A stretch of DNA of 64,000 nucleotides from the human T2T-CHM13v2.0 reference genome, Homo sapiens. The stretch is taken from the NCBI RefSeq assembly GCF_009914755.1, contig NC_060940.1. One strand, written 5' to 3'. Under the pieces are notes generated by a model that saw only the letters and a list, made by a program, of their open reading frames with translations, did no database searches and was not told the origin of the DNA. The position numbers and the translations under genes are program-made. This document shows, piece by piece, positions 15,001 to 30,000 of this stretch (position 1 is its first letter; each line of letters starts with the position of its first letter).

Positions 15001-18000
15001 ATTCCATTCGATTCCATTTGATGATGATCCCATTCGAGTCCATTCAGTGATTCCATTCGTTTCCATTCCATGATGATTCCATTCCATTCCATTCAATGAT
15101 TCCATTCGATTCTGTTTGATGATGATTTCATTCGAGTCCATTTGATGATTCCATTTGATTCCATTCGATGATGATTCCATTCGAGTCCATTCGATGATTC
15201 TATTCGAATCCACTTGATGATTTCTTTTGATTATAGTTGGTGATGATTCCTTTGGAGTCCATTCAATGATTCCATTCGATTCCAATCGATGGTGATTCCA
15301 TTAGAGTCCATTTAATGATTCCATTTGATTCCAGTCTCTGATGATTACATTCGAGTCCATACGATGATTCCACTCAATTCCATATGATGATGATTCCATT
15401 CGATTCCATTCGATGATTCCATTCTATTCTATTCAATGGTGATTCCATTCGAGTACATTAGATGATTCCATTCGATTCCATTCAATGATGATTCTATTTG
15501 TGTCCCTTAGATGATTCCACATGATTCCATTAGATGATGATACTATTTGAGCCCATCCAATGATTCCCTTCGATTCCATTCGATGAGGATTCCATTCGAT
15601 TCAATTCATTGGTGATTCTATTCAATTCAATTCTTTGATTCCATTGCATTCCATTCGACAATGATTCCATTCGATTTCTTTCGATGATTCCACTCGATTC
15701 CACTTGACATTGATTCCATTCGATTCCATTCAATGATTCCATTTGGTTCCAGTGGATGATGATTGCCATCGATTCCATTCGATCACTCCATTCTATTCCA
15801 TTTGATGATGATTACATTCGATTCCATTTGATGATTCCATCTGATTCTATTCGAGGATTCCATTTGATTCCATTCGATGATGATTCCATTCGAGTCCATT
15901 CGATGATTTCATTCGAGTACATCCAATGATTCCATTCGAGTCCATTTGATGATTCCATTTGATTCCATTTGATTATGATTCTACTAGAGTCCATTCAATG
16001 ACTCCATTGGAGTCCATTCAACAATTCCATTCGACTCCATTCGATGATTCCATTCGATTCCATTTGATGATTCCATTCGAGTCCATATAATCATTACAGT
16101 CGAGTCCATTTGGTGATTCCGCTGGATTTCATTTGATAATGATACCATTCAATTACATTTGATGATGATCCCATTCAATTTCATTTGATGATGATTCCAT
16201 TAGAGTCCATTCGATGATTTAATTCGAGTCCCTTCATTGATTCCATCCGATTTCATTGGATGATGACTCCATTCGAGTCCATTCGATGATTCCACTCGAT
16301 TCCATTAGATGATTCCATTGGAGTCCATTTGATTGTTCCATTCGATTCCATTCGATTCCTTTCGAAGATTATTCCATTTGAGTCCATTCGATGATGATTC
16401 CATTCCATTCCATTCGATGATTCCGTTTGATTCCATTCGATGATTCCCTTCGATTCCTTTCTTTGATGATTCCATTCCATTCCATTCAATGATTCCATTC
16501 GAATCTATTCCATGATGATTCCTTTCGATTCCATTCGCTGATGTTTCCGTTCAATTCCATTCGATGATGATTCCATTCGATTCCATTCATTGAGGATTCC
16601 ATTTGATTCCATTCAATGATGATTCCATTCTATTCCATTCAAAGATTGCATTCAATTCCATTCAATGATTATCCCATTAGAGTAAACTCAACGATTCCAT
16701 TCAATACCATTCGATGATGATTCCTTTTGAGTCCATTCAATGATTTCATTCAAGTCCATTTGATGATTCCTTTCAATTCCATTCTATGATGATTCCATTC
16801 GAGTCCATTCGATGATTCCATTCGATTGCATTCGATGATTCCATTATATTCCATTCAACGATGATTCCATTCGAGTCCATTCGATGATTCCATTAGAGTA
16901 CATTTAATGATTGCTTTGTTTTCAATTCGAAGATGATTACATTCGATTCCATTCGATGATTCCATTCGATTCCATTCGATAATGATTACATCCGAGTCCA
17001 TTTGATGATTCCATTTGAGCCCGTTCGATAATTCCATTTGAGTCCAATCAATGATTCCATTCATTTCCATTCAATGATTCCATTCGAGTCCATTTGATCA
17101 TTCCGGTAGGGTCCATTCGATGTTGATTCCATTGGAGTGCATTCGATGATTCCATTCGAGTCCATTTTAGGATTTGATTCGAGTCCTTTCGATGATTCCA
17201 CTCGACTCCACTCGATGATGATTTCATTCGAGTCCATTCGACACTTCCAATCGATTCCATTTGATGTTTACTTTCGAGTCCAATTGATGATTCCATTCAA
17301 TTCCATTCGATGATGATTCCGTACGGTTCCATTCTGTGATGATTCCATGTGATTGCATTGAATGATGATTCCTTTCGATTGCATTCGATTATGATTCATT
17401 TCGTGTTCATTCTATGGTTCCACAGGTTTCCATTCGTGTCCATTCCATTATTCCATTCTATTCCATTTGATGATGATTCCATTCGATTCCATTCATTGGT
17501 GATTCCACTCAATTCCATTCAATGATTCCATTCCATTTCTTTCAACAATGATTCCATTACTTTCTAATCGATGATCCACTTGATTCCATTTGACGATGAT
17601 TCCATTCTTGTCCATTCGATGATTCCATTTGATTCCATATGATGATGATTCCATTCGATTCCATACGATGATGATTCCATTCGAGTCCATTCAATGGTGA
17701 TTCCATTCAATTCCATTCGATGATTCCTTTCGATTCCATTCGATGATGATGGCATTCGATTCCTTTCAATCATTCCCTTTGATTCCATTCAAAGGTGATT
17801 TCATTCAAGTCCATTGGATAATTGCATTCGATTCCATTCTATGATGATTCCATTCGAGTCCATTTGATGATTCCATTCAATTCAAGTCAATGATGATTCC
17901 ATTCGATTCCATTCGATGATTCCATTGGATTTCATTCGATGATAATTCCATTCAAATCCTTTCGATAATTCAATTCAAGTCCATTCGATGATGATTCCAA

Positions 18001-21000
18001 TCGAATCCATTCAAAGATTCCATTCAATTCCATTCGATGATTCCCTTAGATTCCATTCGATGATTCCACTTGATTCCATTTACGATGATTCCATTCGATT
18101 CCATGTGATGATTCCATTCAATTCTATTCAATGATGTTTCCATTTGATTCCATTCGACCATGATTGCCTTTGATTCCATTCAATGATTCCATTCGGTTCC
18201 TTTTGATGATGATTCCGTTCGATTCCATTTGATGATTCCATTTGATTCCATTGGATGAGTCCATTCGATTACATTCGATGATAATTCCATTCGAGTGCAT
18301 TAGATGATTCCATTCGAGTCCATTCGATGATTCCATTCGATTCCATTCGATGTTGATTCTGTTCAAATCCATTCGATGATTCCACTCGATTCCATTCGAT
18401 GACTCCATTTGATCCCATTCGATGATTTCCTGTGATTCCCTTTGATGATCATTCCATTTGATTCAATTCGGTGATTTCATTTGATTCCATTCAGTGATGT
18501 TTCCATTCGACTCCATTCGATGATGATTCCATTCGACTCCATTCGATTATGATTTCATTCAATTCCATTCGATAATGATTCCCTTCGAGTCCATTCGATG
18601 ATTCCATTCGATTCCATTCAACGATGATTTGATTCGTGTCCATTCGATGATTCCATTTGATTCCACTTGATGATGATTCCATTCCTGTCCATTTGATGAT
18701 TCCATTCAATTCCATTCTCTGATGATTTCTTTTGAGCCCATTCAATGCTTCCACTCGATTCCATATGATGATGACTCCATTCGATGAAATTCGATGATGA
18801 TTCCATTCGCTTGCTTTCGATGATGATTCCACTTGAGTCCGTTAGAAGATTCTATTCAATTACATTCCATGACGATTCCGTTCGAGTCCATTTGATGATT
18901 CCATTAGACTCCATTCGACGATGATTCCATTCGATGTTATTCGATGATTCCATTCGATCTCATTCGTTGATGATTCCATTCAACTCCATTCGATGTTTCC
19001 ATTCGAGTTCATTCTATTATTCCATTAGATTCCATTCGATGATGTTTCCATTCGTTTCCATTTGATGATTGCATTCTATTTCATTTGATGATGATTCCAT
19101 TCGAGTCCACTCGATGATTCCATTCGAGTCCATTTAATGAATCCATTGGTTTCAATTCTATGATGATTACATTGGATTCCATTCGTTGATGATTTCATTC
19201 GGTTCCATTCAATGATGATTCTATACAATTCCTTTCAATGTTTCCATTCAATTCCATACGATGATGATTCCATTTGATTTGATTCGACAGTGAGCCATTC
19301 GATTCAATTCCATGATGATTCTATTTGATTCAATTGGTTGACATTTCCATTCGATTCCATTCGATGATGATTCCCTTTGATTCCATTCAAAGATGATTCC
19401 ATTCTAGCCCATTCAATCATTCCATTCGATTCTATTCAATGATGATTCCATTCATGTCGATTTGGTGATTCCATTTGACTTCATTTGATGATGATTCCTT
19501 TCAAGTTCATTAGATGATTCCATTCGATTCCATTTGATGATGATCCCATTCGAGTCCATTCAGTGATTCCATTCGTTTCCATTCCATGATGATTCCATTC
19601 CATTCCATTCAATGATTCCATTCGATTCTGTTTGATGATGATTTCATTCGAGTCCATTTGATGATTCCATTTGATTCCATTCGATGATGATTCCATTCGA
19701 GTCCATTCGATGATTCTATTCGAATCCACTTGATGATTTCTCTTGATTATAGTTGGTGATGATTCCTTTGGAGTCCATTCAATGATTCCATTCGATTCCA
19801 ATCGATGGTGATTCCATTAGAGTCCATTTAATGATTCCATTTGATTCCAGTCTCTGATGATTACATTCGAGTCCATACGATGATTCCACTCAATTCCATA
19901 TGATGATGATTCCATTCGATTCCATTCGATGATTCCATTCTATTCTATTCAATGGTGATTCCATTCGAGTACATTAGATGATTCCATTCGATTCCATTCA
20001 ATGATGATTCTATTTGTGTCCCTTAGATGATTCCACATGATTCCATTAGATGATGATACTATTTGAGCCCATCCAATGATTCCCTTCGATTCCATTCGAT
20101 GAGGATTCCATTCGATTCAATTCATTGGTGGTTCTATTCAATTCAATTCTTTGATTCCATTGCATTCCATTCGACAATGATTCCGTTCGATTTCTTTTGA
20201 TGATTCCACTCGATTCCACTTGACATTGATTCCATTCGATTCCATTCAATGATTCCATTTGATTCCAGTGGATGATGATTGCCATCGATTCCATTCGATC
20301 ACTCCATTCTATTCCATTTGATGATGATTACATTCGATTCCATTTGATGATTCCATCTGATTCTATTCGAGGATTCCATTTGATTCCATTCGCTGATGAT
20401 TCCATTCGAGTCCATTCGATGATTTCATTCGAGTACATCCAATGATTCCATTCGAGTCCATTTGATGATTCCATTTGATTCCATTTGATTATGATTCTAC
20501 TAGAGTCCATTCAATGACTCCATTCGAGTCCATTCAACAATTCCATCCGAGTCCATTCGATGATTCCATTCGATTCCATTTGATGATTCCATTCGAGTCC
20601 ATTTGGTGATTCCACTGGATTTCTTTTGATAATGATACCATTCAATTACATTTGATGATGATCCCATTCAATTTCATTTGATGATGATTCCATTAGAGTC
20701 CATTCGATGATTTCATTCGAGTCCCTTCATTGATTCCATCCGATTTCATTGGATGATGACTCCATTCGAGTCCATTCAATGATTCCACTCGATTCCATTA
20801 GATGATTCCATTGGAGTCCATTTGATTGTTCCATTCGATTCCATTCGATTCCTTTCGAAGATTATTCCATTTGAGTCCATTCGATGATGATTCCATTCCA
20901 TTCCATTCGATGATTCCGTTTGATTCCATTCGATGCTTCCCTTCGATTCCTTTCTTTGATGATTCCATTCAATTCCATTCAATGATTCCATTCGAATCTA

Positions 21001-21030
21001 TTCCATGATGATTCCTTTCGATTCCATTCG
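12022..21030 (+). repeat. Two tandem copies of a 4516-bp deletion-variant unit (second copy 4493 bp)
   Basis: Landmarks recur at +4516 (12339/16855, 12532/17048, 12977/17493, 13975/18491, 15812/20328). Both copies lack 1596 bp of the full unit (junctions ~12425 and ~16941). The second copy has a further 23-bp deletion near 20600. Confidence 0.93.
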
Positions 21031-24000
21031 CTGATGTTTCCGTTCAATTCCATTCGATGATGATTCCATTCGATTCCATTCATTGAGGATTCCATTTCAT
21101 TCCATTCAATGATGATTCCATTCTATTCCATTCAATGATTGCATTCAATTCCATTCAATGATCATCCCCTTAGAGTAAACTCAACGATTCCATTCAATAC
21201 CATTCGATGATGATTCCTTTTGAGTCCATTCAATGATTTCACTCAAGTCCATTTGATGATTCCTTTCAATTCCATTCTATGATGATTCCATTCGAGTCCA
21301 TTCGATGATTCCATTCGATTACATTCGTCGATTCCATTATATTCCATTCAACGATGATTCCATTCGAGTCCATTCGATGATTCCATTAGAGTACATTTAA
21401 TGATTGCTTTGTTTTCAATTCGAAGATGATTACATTGGATTCCATTCTATGATACCATTCGATTCCATTCAATGATGATTCCACTCAAATCCATTGGATG
21501 ATTCCATTCGTGTCCATTCGGTGATTTCATTAGATTCCATTCGAGGATGATTCCATTCGATTCCATTCGATGATTCCATTCAATTCCATTCGATGATGAT
21601 TCCATTCGAGTCCATATGATCATTCCATTTGATTTCATTCGATGATGATTCCATTCGATTCCATTCGATGATTCCATTCTATTCCATTCGATGATGATTC
21701 CATTCGAGTCCATTCGATGATTCCATTCGAGTCCATTTAATGATTCCATTGTGTTCAATTCAATGACGATTACATTGGATTCCGTTCTATGATTCCATTC
21801 AATTCCGTTCATTGACAATTTGATTCCATTCGATGATGATTCCATTTGAGTTCATTCGATGATTCTATTCGATTCTCTTCGATGGTGATTCAATTCTATT
21901 ATATTGGATGAATCCATTCGATTCCATTTGATGTTGATTCAATTCGATTCTATTCGATGATGATTCCATTGGATTTCACTTGATGATTCTATTCGATTCC
22001 ATTCAATGATGATTCACTTCTCGTCCATTGGATGATTCCATTTCATTCCATTCGATGATGATTCCATTCGATTCCATTCGATGATTCCATTTGATTCCAT
22101 GCGACGGTGAGCAATTCGATTCAATTCCATGATGATTCTATTTGATTCAATTAGATGATGTTTCCATTCGAATTCGTTCCATGATTATTCCATTGGAATC
22201 CATTCGGCGATGATTCCATATGAGTCAATTCAATGATGAATCCATATGGGTCCGTTCGATGATAATTCCATTTGATTTCATTCGATGCTTCTATTGTATT
22301 CCAGTCGATGATGATTCCGTTGGAGTCCATACGATGATTCCATTTGATTTCATTTGATGATGATTCCATTCGATGATGATTACATTGGATTCCATTCTAT
22401 GATTCCATTCAATTCCATTCGTTGATGATTCGATTCCATTCAATGATGATTCCATTTGAGTTCATTCGATGATTCCATTCGATTCCATTCGATGATGATT
22501 GGATTCGATTCCATTTGATTATTTCATTTCATTCCATTCGTTAATGATTTCGATCAATTCCATTCAATGATTCCATTCGATTCCATTCGATAATGATTAC
22601 ATCCGAGTCCATTCGATGATTCCATTTGAGCCTGTTCGATAATTCCATTTGAGTCCAACCAATGATTCCATTCATTTCCATTCAATGATTCCATTCGAGT
22701 CCATTTGATCATTCCGGTAGGGTCCATTCGATGTTGATTCCATTGGAGTGCATTAGATGATTCCATTCGAGTCCATTCGATGATTCCATTCGATTCCATT
22801 CGATGTTGATTCTGTTCAAATCCATTCGATGATTCCACTCGATTCCATTCGATGACTCCATTTGATCCCATTCGATGATTTCCTTTGATTCCCTTTGATG
22901 ATCATTCCATTTGATTCAATTCGGTGATTTCATTTGATTCCATTCAGTGATGTTTCCATTCGACTCCATTCGATGATGATTCCATTCGACTCCATTCGAT
23001 TATGATTTCATTCAATTCCATTCGATAATGATTCCCTTCGAGTCCATTCGATGATTCCATTCGATTCCATTCAACGATGATTTGATTCGTGTCCATTCGA
23101 TGATTCCATTTGATTCCACTTGATGATGATTCCATTCGAGTCCATTTGATGATTCCATTCAATTCCATTCTCCGAAGATTTCTTTTGAGCCCACTCAATG
23201 CTTCCACTCGATTCCATATGATGATGACTCCATTCGATGAAATTCGATGATGATTCCATTCGCTTGCTTTCGATGATGATTCCACTTGAGTCCGTTAGAA
23301 GATTCTATTCAATTACATTCCATGACGATTCCGTTCGAGTCCATTTGATGATTCCATTAGACTCCATTCGACGATGATTCCATTCGATGTTATTCGATGA
23401 TTCCATTCGATCTCATTCGTTGATGATTCCATTCAACTCCATTCGATGTTTCCATTCGAGTTCATTCTATTATTCCATTAGATTCCATTCGATGATGATT
23501 CCATTCGATTCCATTTGATGATTGCATTCTATTTCATTTGATGATGATTCCATTCGAGTCCACTCGATGATTCCATTCGAGTCCATTTAATGAATCCATT
23601 GGTTTCAATTCTATGATGATTCCATTGGATTCCATTCGTTGATGATTTCATTCGGTTCCATTCAATGATGATTCCATTCAATTCCTTTCAATGTTTCCAT
23701 TCAATTCCATACGATGATGATTCCATTTGATTTGATTCGACAGTGAGCCATTCGATTCAATTCCATGATGATTCTATTTGATTCAATTGGTTGACATTTC
23801 CATTCGATTCCATTCGATGATGATTCCCTTTGATTCCATTCAAAGATGATTCCATTCTAGCCCATTCAATCATTCCATTCGATTCTATTCAATGATGATT
23901 CCATTCATGTCGATTTGGTGATTCCATTTGACTTCATTTGATGATGATTCCTTTCAAGTTCATTAGATGATTCCATTCGATTCCATTTGATGATGATCCC

Positions 24001-27000
24001 ATTCGAGTCCATTCAGTGATTCCATTCGTTTCCATTCCATGATGATTCCATTCCATTCCATGCAATGATTCCATTCGATTCCGTTTGATGATGATTTCAT
24101 TCGAGTCCATTTGATGATTCCATTTGATTCCATTCGATGATGATTCCATTCGAGTCCATTCGATGATTCTATTCGAATCCATTTGATGATTTCTTTTGAT
24201 TATAGTTGGTGATGATTCCATTGGAGTCCATTCAATGATTCCATTCGATTCCAATCGATGGTGATTCCATTAGAGTCCATTTAATGATTCCATTTGATTC
24301 CAGTCTCTGATGATTACATTCGAGTCCATACGATGATTCCACTCAATTCCATATGATGATGATTCCATTCGATTCCATTCGATGATTCCATTCTATTCTA
24401 TTCAATGGTGATTCCATTCGAGTACATTAGATGATTCCATTCGATTCCATTCAATGATGATTCTATTTGTGTCCCTTAGATGATTCCACATGATTCCATT
24501 AGATGATGATACTATTTGAGCCCATCCAATGATTCCCTTCGATTCCATTCGATGAGGATTCCATTCGATTCAATTCATTGGTGATTCTATTCAATTCAAT
24601 TCTTTGATTCCATTGCATTCCATTCGACAATGATTCCATTCGATTTCTTTCGATGATTCCACTCGATTCCACTTGACATTGATTCCATTCGATTCCATTC
24701 AATGATTCCATTTGATTCCAGTGGATGATGATTGCCATCGATTCCATTCGATCACTCCATTCTATTCCATTTGATGATGATTACATTCGATTCCATTTGA
24801 TGATTCCATCTGATTCTATTCGAGGATTCCATTTGATTCCATTCGATGATGATTCCATTCGAGTCCATTCGATGATTTCATTCGAGTACATCCAATGATT
24901 CCATTCGAGTCCATTTGATGATTCCATTTGATTCCATTTGATTATGATTCTACTAGAGTCCATTCAATGACTCCATTCGAGTCCATTCAACAATTCCATT
25001 CGACTCCATTCGATGATTCCATTGGATTCCATTTGATGATTCCTTTCGAGTCCATTTAATCATTACAGTCGAGTCCATTTGGTGATTCTGCTGGATTTCC
25101 TTTGATAATGATACCATTCAATTTCATTTGATGATGATTCCATTAGAGTCCATTCGATGATTTTATTCGAGTCCCTTCATTGATTCCATCCGATTTCATT
25201 GGATGATGACTCCATTCGAGTCCATTCGATGATTCCACTCGATTCCATTAGATGATTCCATTGGAGTCCATTTGATTGTTCCATTCGATTCCATTCGATT
25301 CCTTTCGAAGATTATTCCATTTGAGTCCATTCGATGATGATTCCATTCCATTCCATTCGATGATTCCGTTTGATTCCATTCGATGATTCCCTTCGATTCC
25401 TTTCTTTGATGATTCCATTCCATTCCATTCAATGATTCCATTCGAATCTATTCCATGATGATTCCTTTCGATTCCATTCGCTGATGTTTCCGTTCAATTC
25501 CATTCGATGATGATTCCATTCGATTCCATTCATTGAGGATTCCATTTCATTCCATTCAATGATGATTCCATTCTATTCCATTCAATGATTGCATTCAATT
25601 CCATTCAATGATCATCCCCTTAGAGTAAACTCAACGATTCCATTCAATACCATTCGATGATGATTCCTTTTGAGTCCATTCAATGATTTCGTTCAAGTCC
25701 ATTTGATGATTCCTTTCAATTCCATTCTATGATGATTCCATTCGAGTCCATTCGATGATTCCATTCGATTACATTCGTCGATTCCATTATATTCCATTCA
25801 ACGATGATTCCATTCGAGTCCATTCGATGATTCCATTAGAGTACATTTAATGATTGCTTTGTTTTCAATTCGAAGATGATTACATTGGATTCCATTCTAT
25901 GATATCATTCGATTCCATTCAATGATGATTCCACTCAAATCCATTGGATGATTCCATTCGTGTCCATTCGGTGATTTCATTAGATTCCATTCGAGGATGA
26001 TTCCATTCGATTCCATTCGATGATTCCATTCAATTCCATTCGATGATGATTCCATTCGAGTCCATATGATCATTCCATTTGATTTCATTCGATGATGATT
26101 CCATTCGATTCCATTCGATGATTCCATTCTATTCCATTCGATGATGATTCCATTCGAGTCCATTCGATGATTCCATTCGAGTCCATTTAATGATTCCATT
26201 GTGTTCAATTCAATGACGATTACATTGGATTCCGTTCTATGATTCCATTCAATTCTGTTCATTGACAATTTGATTCCATTCGATGATGATTCCATTTGAG
26301 TTCATTCGATGATTCTATTCGATTCTCTTCGATGGTGATTCAATTCTATTATATTGGATGAATCCATTCGATTCCATTTGATGTTGATTCAATTCGATTC
26401 TATTCGATGATGATTCCATTGGATTTCACTTGATGATTCTATTCGATTCCATTCAATGATGATTCACTTCTCGTCCATTGGATGATTCCATTTCATTCCA
26501 TTCGATGATGATTCCATTCGATTCCATTCGATGATTCCATTCTATTCCATTCGATGATGATTCCATTCGAGTCCATTCGATGATTCCATTCGAGTCCATT
26601 TAATGATTCCATTGTGTTCAATTCAATGACGATTACATTGGATTCCGTTCTATGATTCCATTCAATTCCGTTCATTGACAATTTGATTCCATTCGATGAT
26701 GATTCCATTTGAGTTCATTCGATGATTCTATTCGATTCTCTTCGATGGTGATTCAATTCTATTATATTGGATGAATCCATTCGATTCCATTTGATGTTGA
26801 TTCAATTCGATTCTATTCGATGATGATTCCATTGGATTTCACTTGATGATTCTATTCGATTCCATTCAATGATGATTCACTTCTCGTCCATTGGATGATT
26901 CCATTTCATTCCATTCGATGATGATTCCATTCGATTCCATTCGATGATTCCATTTGATTCCATGCGACGGTGAGCAATTCGATTCAATTCCATGATGATT

Positions 27001-30000
27001 CTATTTGATTCAATTAGATGATGTTTCCATTCGAATTCGTTCCATGATTATTCCATTGGAATCCATTCGGCGATGATTCCATATGAGTCAATTCAATGAT
27101 GAATCCATATGGGTCCGTTCGATGATAATTCCATTTGATTTCATTCGATGCTTCTATTGTATTCCAGTCGATGATGATTCCGTTGGAGTCCATACGATGA
27201 TTCCATTTGATTTCATTTGATGATGATTCCATTCGATGATGATTACATTGGATTCCATTCTATGATTCCATTCAATTCCATTCGTTGATGATTCGATTCC
27301 ATTCAATGATGATTCCATTTGAGTTCATTCGATGATTCCATTCGATTCCATTCGATGATGATTGGATTCGATTCCATTTGATTATTTCATTTCATTCCAT
27401 TCGTTAATGATTTCGATCAATTCCATTCAATGATTCCATTCGATTCCATTCGATAATGATTACATCCGAGTCCATTCGATGATTCCATTTGAGCCTGTTC
27501 GATAATTCCATTTGAGTCCAACCAATGATTCCATTCATTTCCATTCAATGATTCCATTCGAGTCCATTTGATCATTCCGGTAGGGTCCATTCGATGTTGA
27601 TTCCATTGGAGTGCATTAGATGATTCCATTCGAGTCCATTCGATGATTCCATTCGATTCCATTCGATGTTGATTCTGTTCAAATCCATTCGATGATTCCA
27701 CTCGATTCCATTCGATGACTCCATTTGATCCCATTCGATGATTTCCTTTGATTCCCTTTGATGATCATTCCATTTGATTCAATTCGGTGATTTCATTTGA
27801 TTCCATTCAGTGATGTTTCCATTCGACTCCATTCGATGATGATTCCATTCGACTCCATTCGATTATGATTTCATTCAATTCCATTCGATAATGATTCCCT
27901 TCGAGTCCATTCGATGATTCCATTCGATTCCATTCAACGATGATTTGATTCGTGTCCATTCGATGATTCCATTTGATTCCACTTGATGATGATTCCATTC
28001 GAGTCCATTTGATGATTCCATTCAATTCCATTCTCCGGAGATTTCTTTTGAGCCCACTCAATGCTTCCACTCGATTCCATATGATGATGACTCCATTCGA
28101 TGAAATTCGATGATGATTCCATTCGCTTGCTTTCGATGATGATTCCACTTGAGTCCGTTAGAAGATTCTATTCAATTACATTCCATGACGATTCCGTTCG
28201 AGTCCATTTGATGATTCCATTAGACTCCATTCGACGATGATTCCATTCGATGTTATTCGATGTTTCCATTCGATCTCATTCGTTGATGATTCCATTCAAC
28301 TCCATTCGATGTTTCCATTCGAGTTCATTCTATTATTCCATTAGATTCCATTCGATGATGATTCCATTCGATTCCATTTGATGATTGCATTCTATTTCAT
28401 TTGATGATGATTCCATTCGAGTCCACTCGATGATTCCATTCGAGTCCATTTAATGAATCCATTGGTTTCAATTCTATGATGATTCCATTGGATTCCATTC
28501 GTTGATGATTTCATTCGGTTCCATTCAATGATGATTCCATTCAATTCCTTTCAATGTTTCCATTCAATTCCATACGATGATGATTCCATTTGATTTGATT
28601 CGACAGTGAGCCATTCGATTCAATTCCATGATGATTCTATTTGATTCAATTGGTTGACATTTCCATTCGATTCCATTCGATGATGATTCCCTTTGATTCC
28701 ATTCAAAGATGATTCCATTCTAGCCCATTCAATCATTCCATTCGATTCTATTCAATGATGATTCCATTCATGTCGATTTGGTGATTCCATTTGACTTCAT
28801 TTGATGATGATTCCTTTCAAGTTCATTAGATGATTCCATTCGATTCCATTTGATGATGATCCCATTCGAGTCCATTCAGTGATTCCATTCGTTTCCATTC
28901 CATGATGATTCCATTCCATTCCATGCAATGATTCCATTCGATTCCGTTTGATGATGATTTCATTCGAGTCCATTTGATGATTCCATTTGATTCCATTCGA
29001 TGATGATTCCATTCGAGTCCATTCGATGATTCTATTCGAATCCATTTGATGATTTCTTTTGATTATAGTTGGTGATGATTCCATTGGAGTCCATTCAATG
29101 ATTCCATTCGATTCCAATCGATGGTGATTCCATTAGAGTCCATTTAATGATTCCATTTGATTCCAGTCTCTGATGATTACATTCGAGTCCATACGATGAT
29201 TCCACTCAATTCCATATGATGATGATTCCATTCGATTCCATTCGATGATTCCATTCTATTCTATTCAATGGTGATTCCATTCGAGTACATTAGATGATTC
29301 CATTCGATTCCATTCAATGATGATTCTATTTGTGTCCCTTAGATGATTCCACATGATTCCATTAGATGATGATACTATTTGAGCCCATCCAATGATTCCC
29401 TTCGATTCCATTCGATGAGGATTCCATTCGATTCAATTCATTGGTGATTCTATTCAATTCAATTCTTTGATTCCATTGCATTCCATTCGACAATGATTCC
29501 ATTCGATTTCTTTCGATGATTCCACTCGATTCCACTTGACATTGATTCCATTCGATTCCATTCAATGATTCCATTTGATTCCAGTGGATGATGATTGCCA
29601 TCGATTCCATTCGATCACTCCATTCTATTCCATTTGATGATGATTACATTCGATTCCATTTGATGATTCCATCTGATTCTATTCGAGGATTCCATTTGAT
29701 TCCATTCGATGATGATTCCATTCGAGTCCATTCGATGATTTCATTCGAGTACATCCAATGATTCCATTCGAGTCCATTTGATGATTCCATTTGATTCCAT
29801 TTGATTATGATTCTACTAGAGTCCATTCAATGACTCCATTCGAGTCCATTCAACAATTCCATTCGACTCCATTCGATGATTCCATTGGATTCCATTTGAT
29901 GATTCCTTTCGAGTCCATTTAATCATTACAGTCGAGTCCATTTGGTGATTCCGCTGGATTTCCTTTGATAATGATACCATTCAATTTCATTTGATGATGA

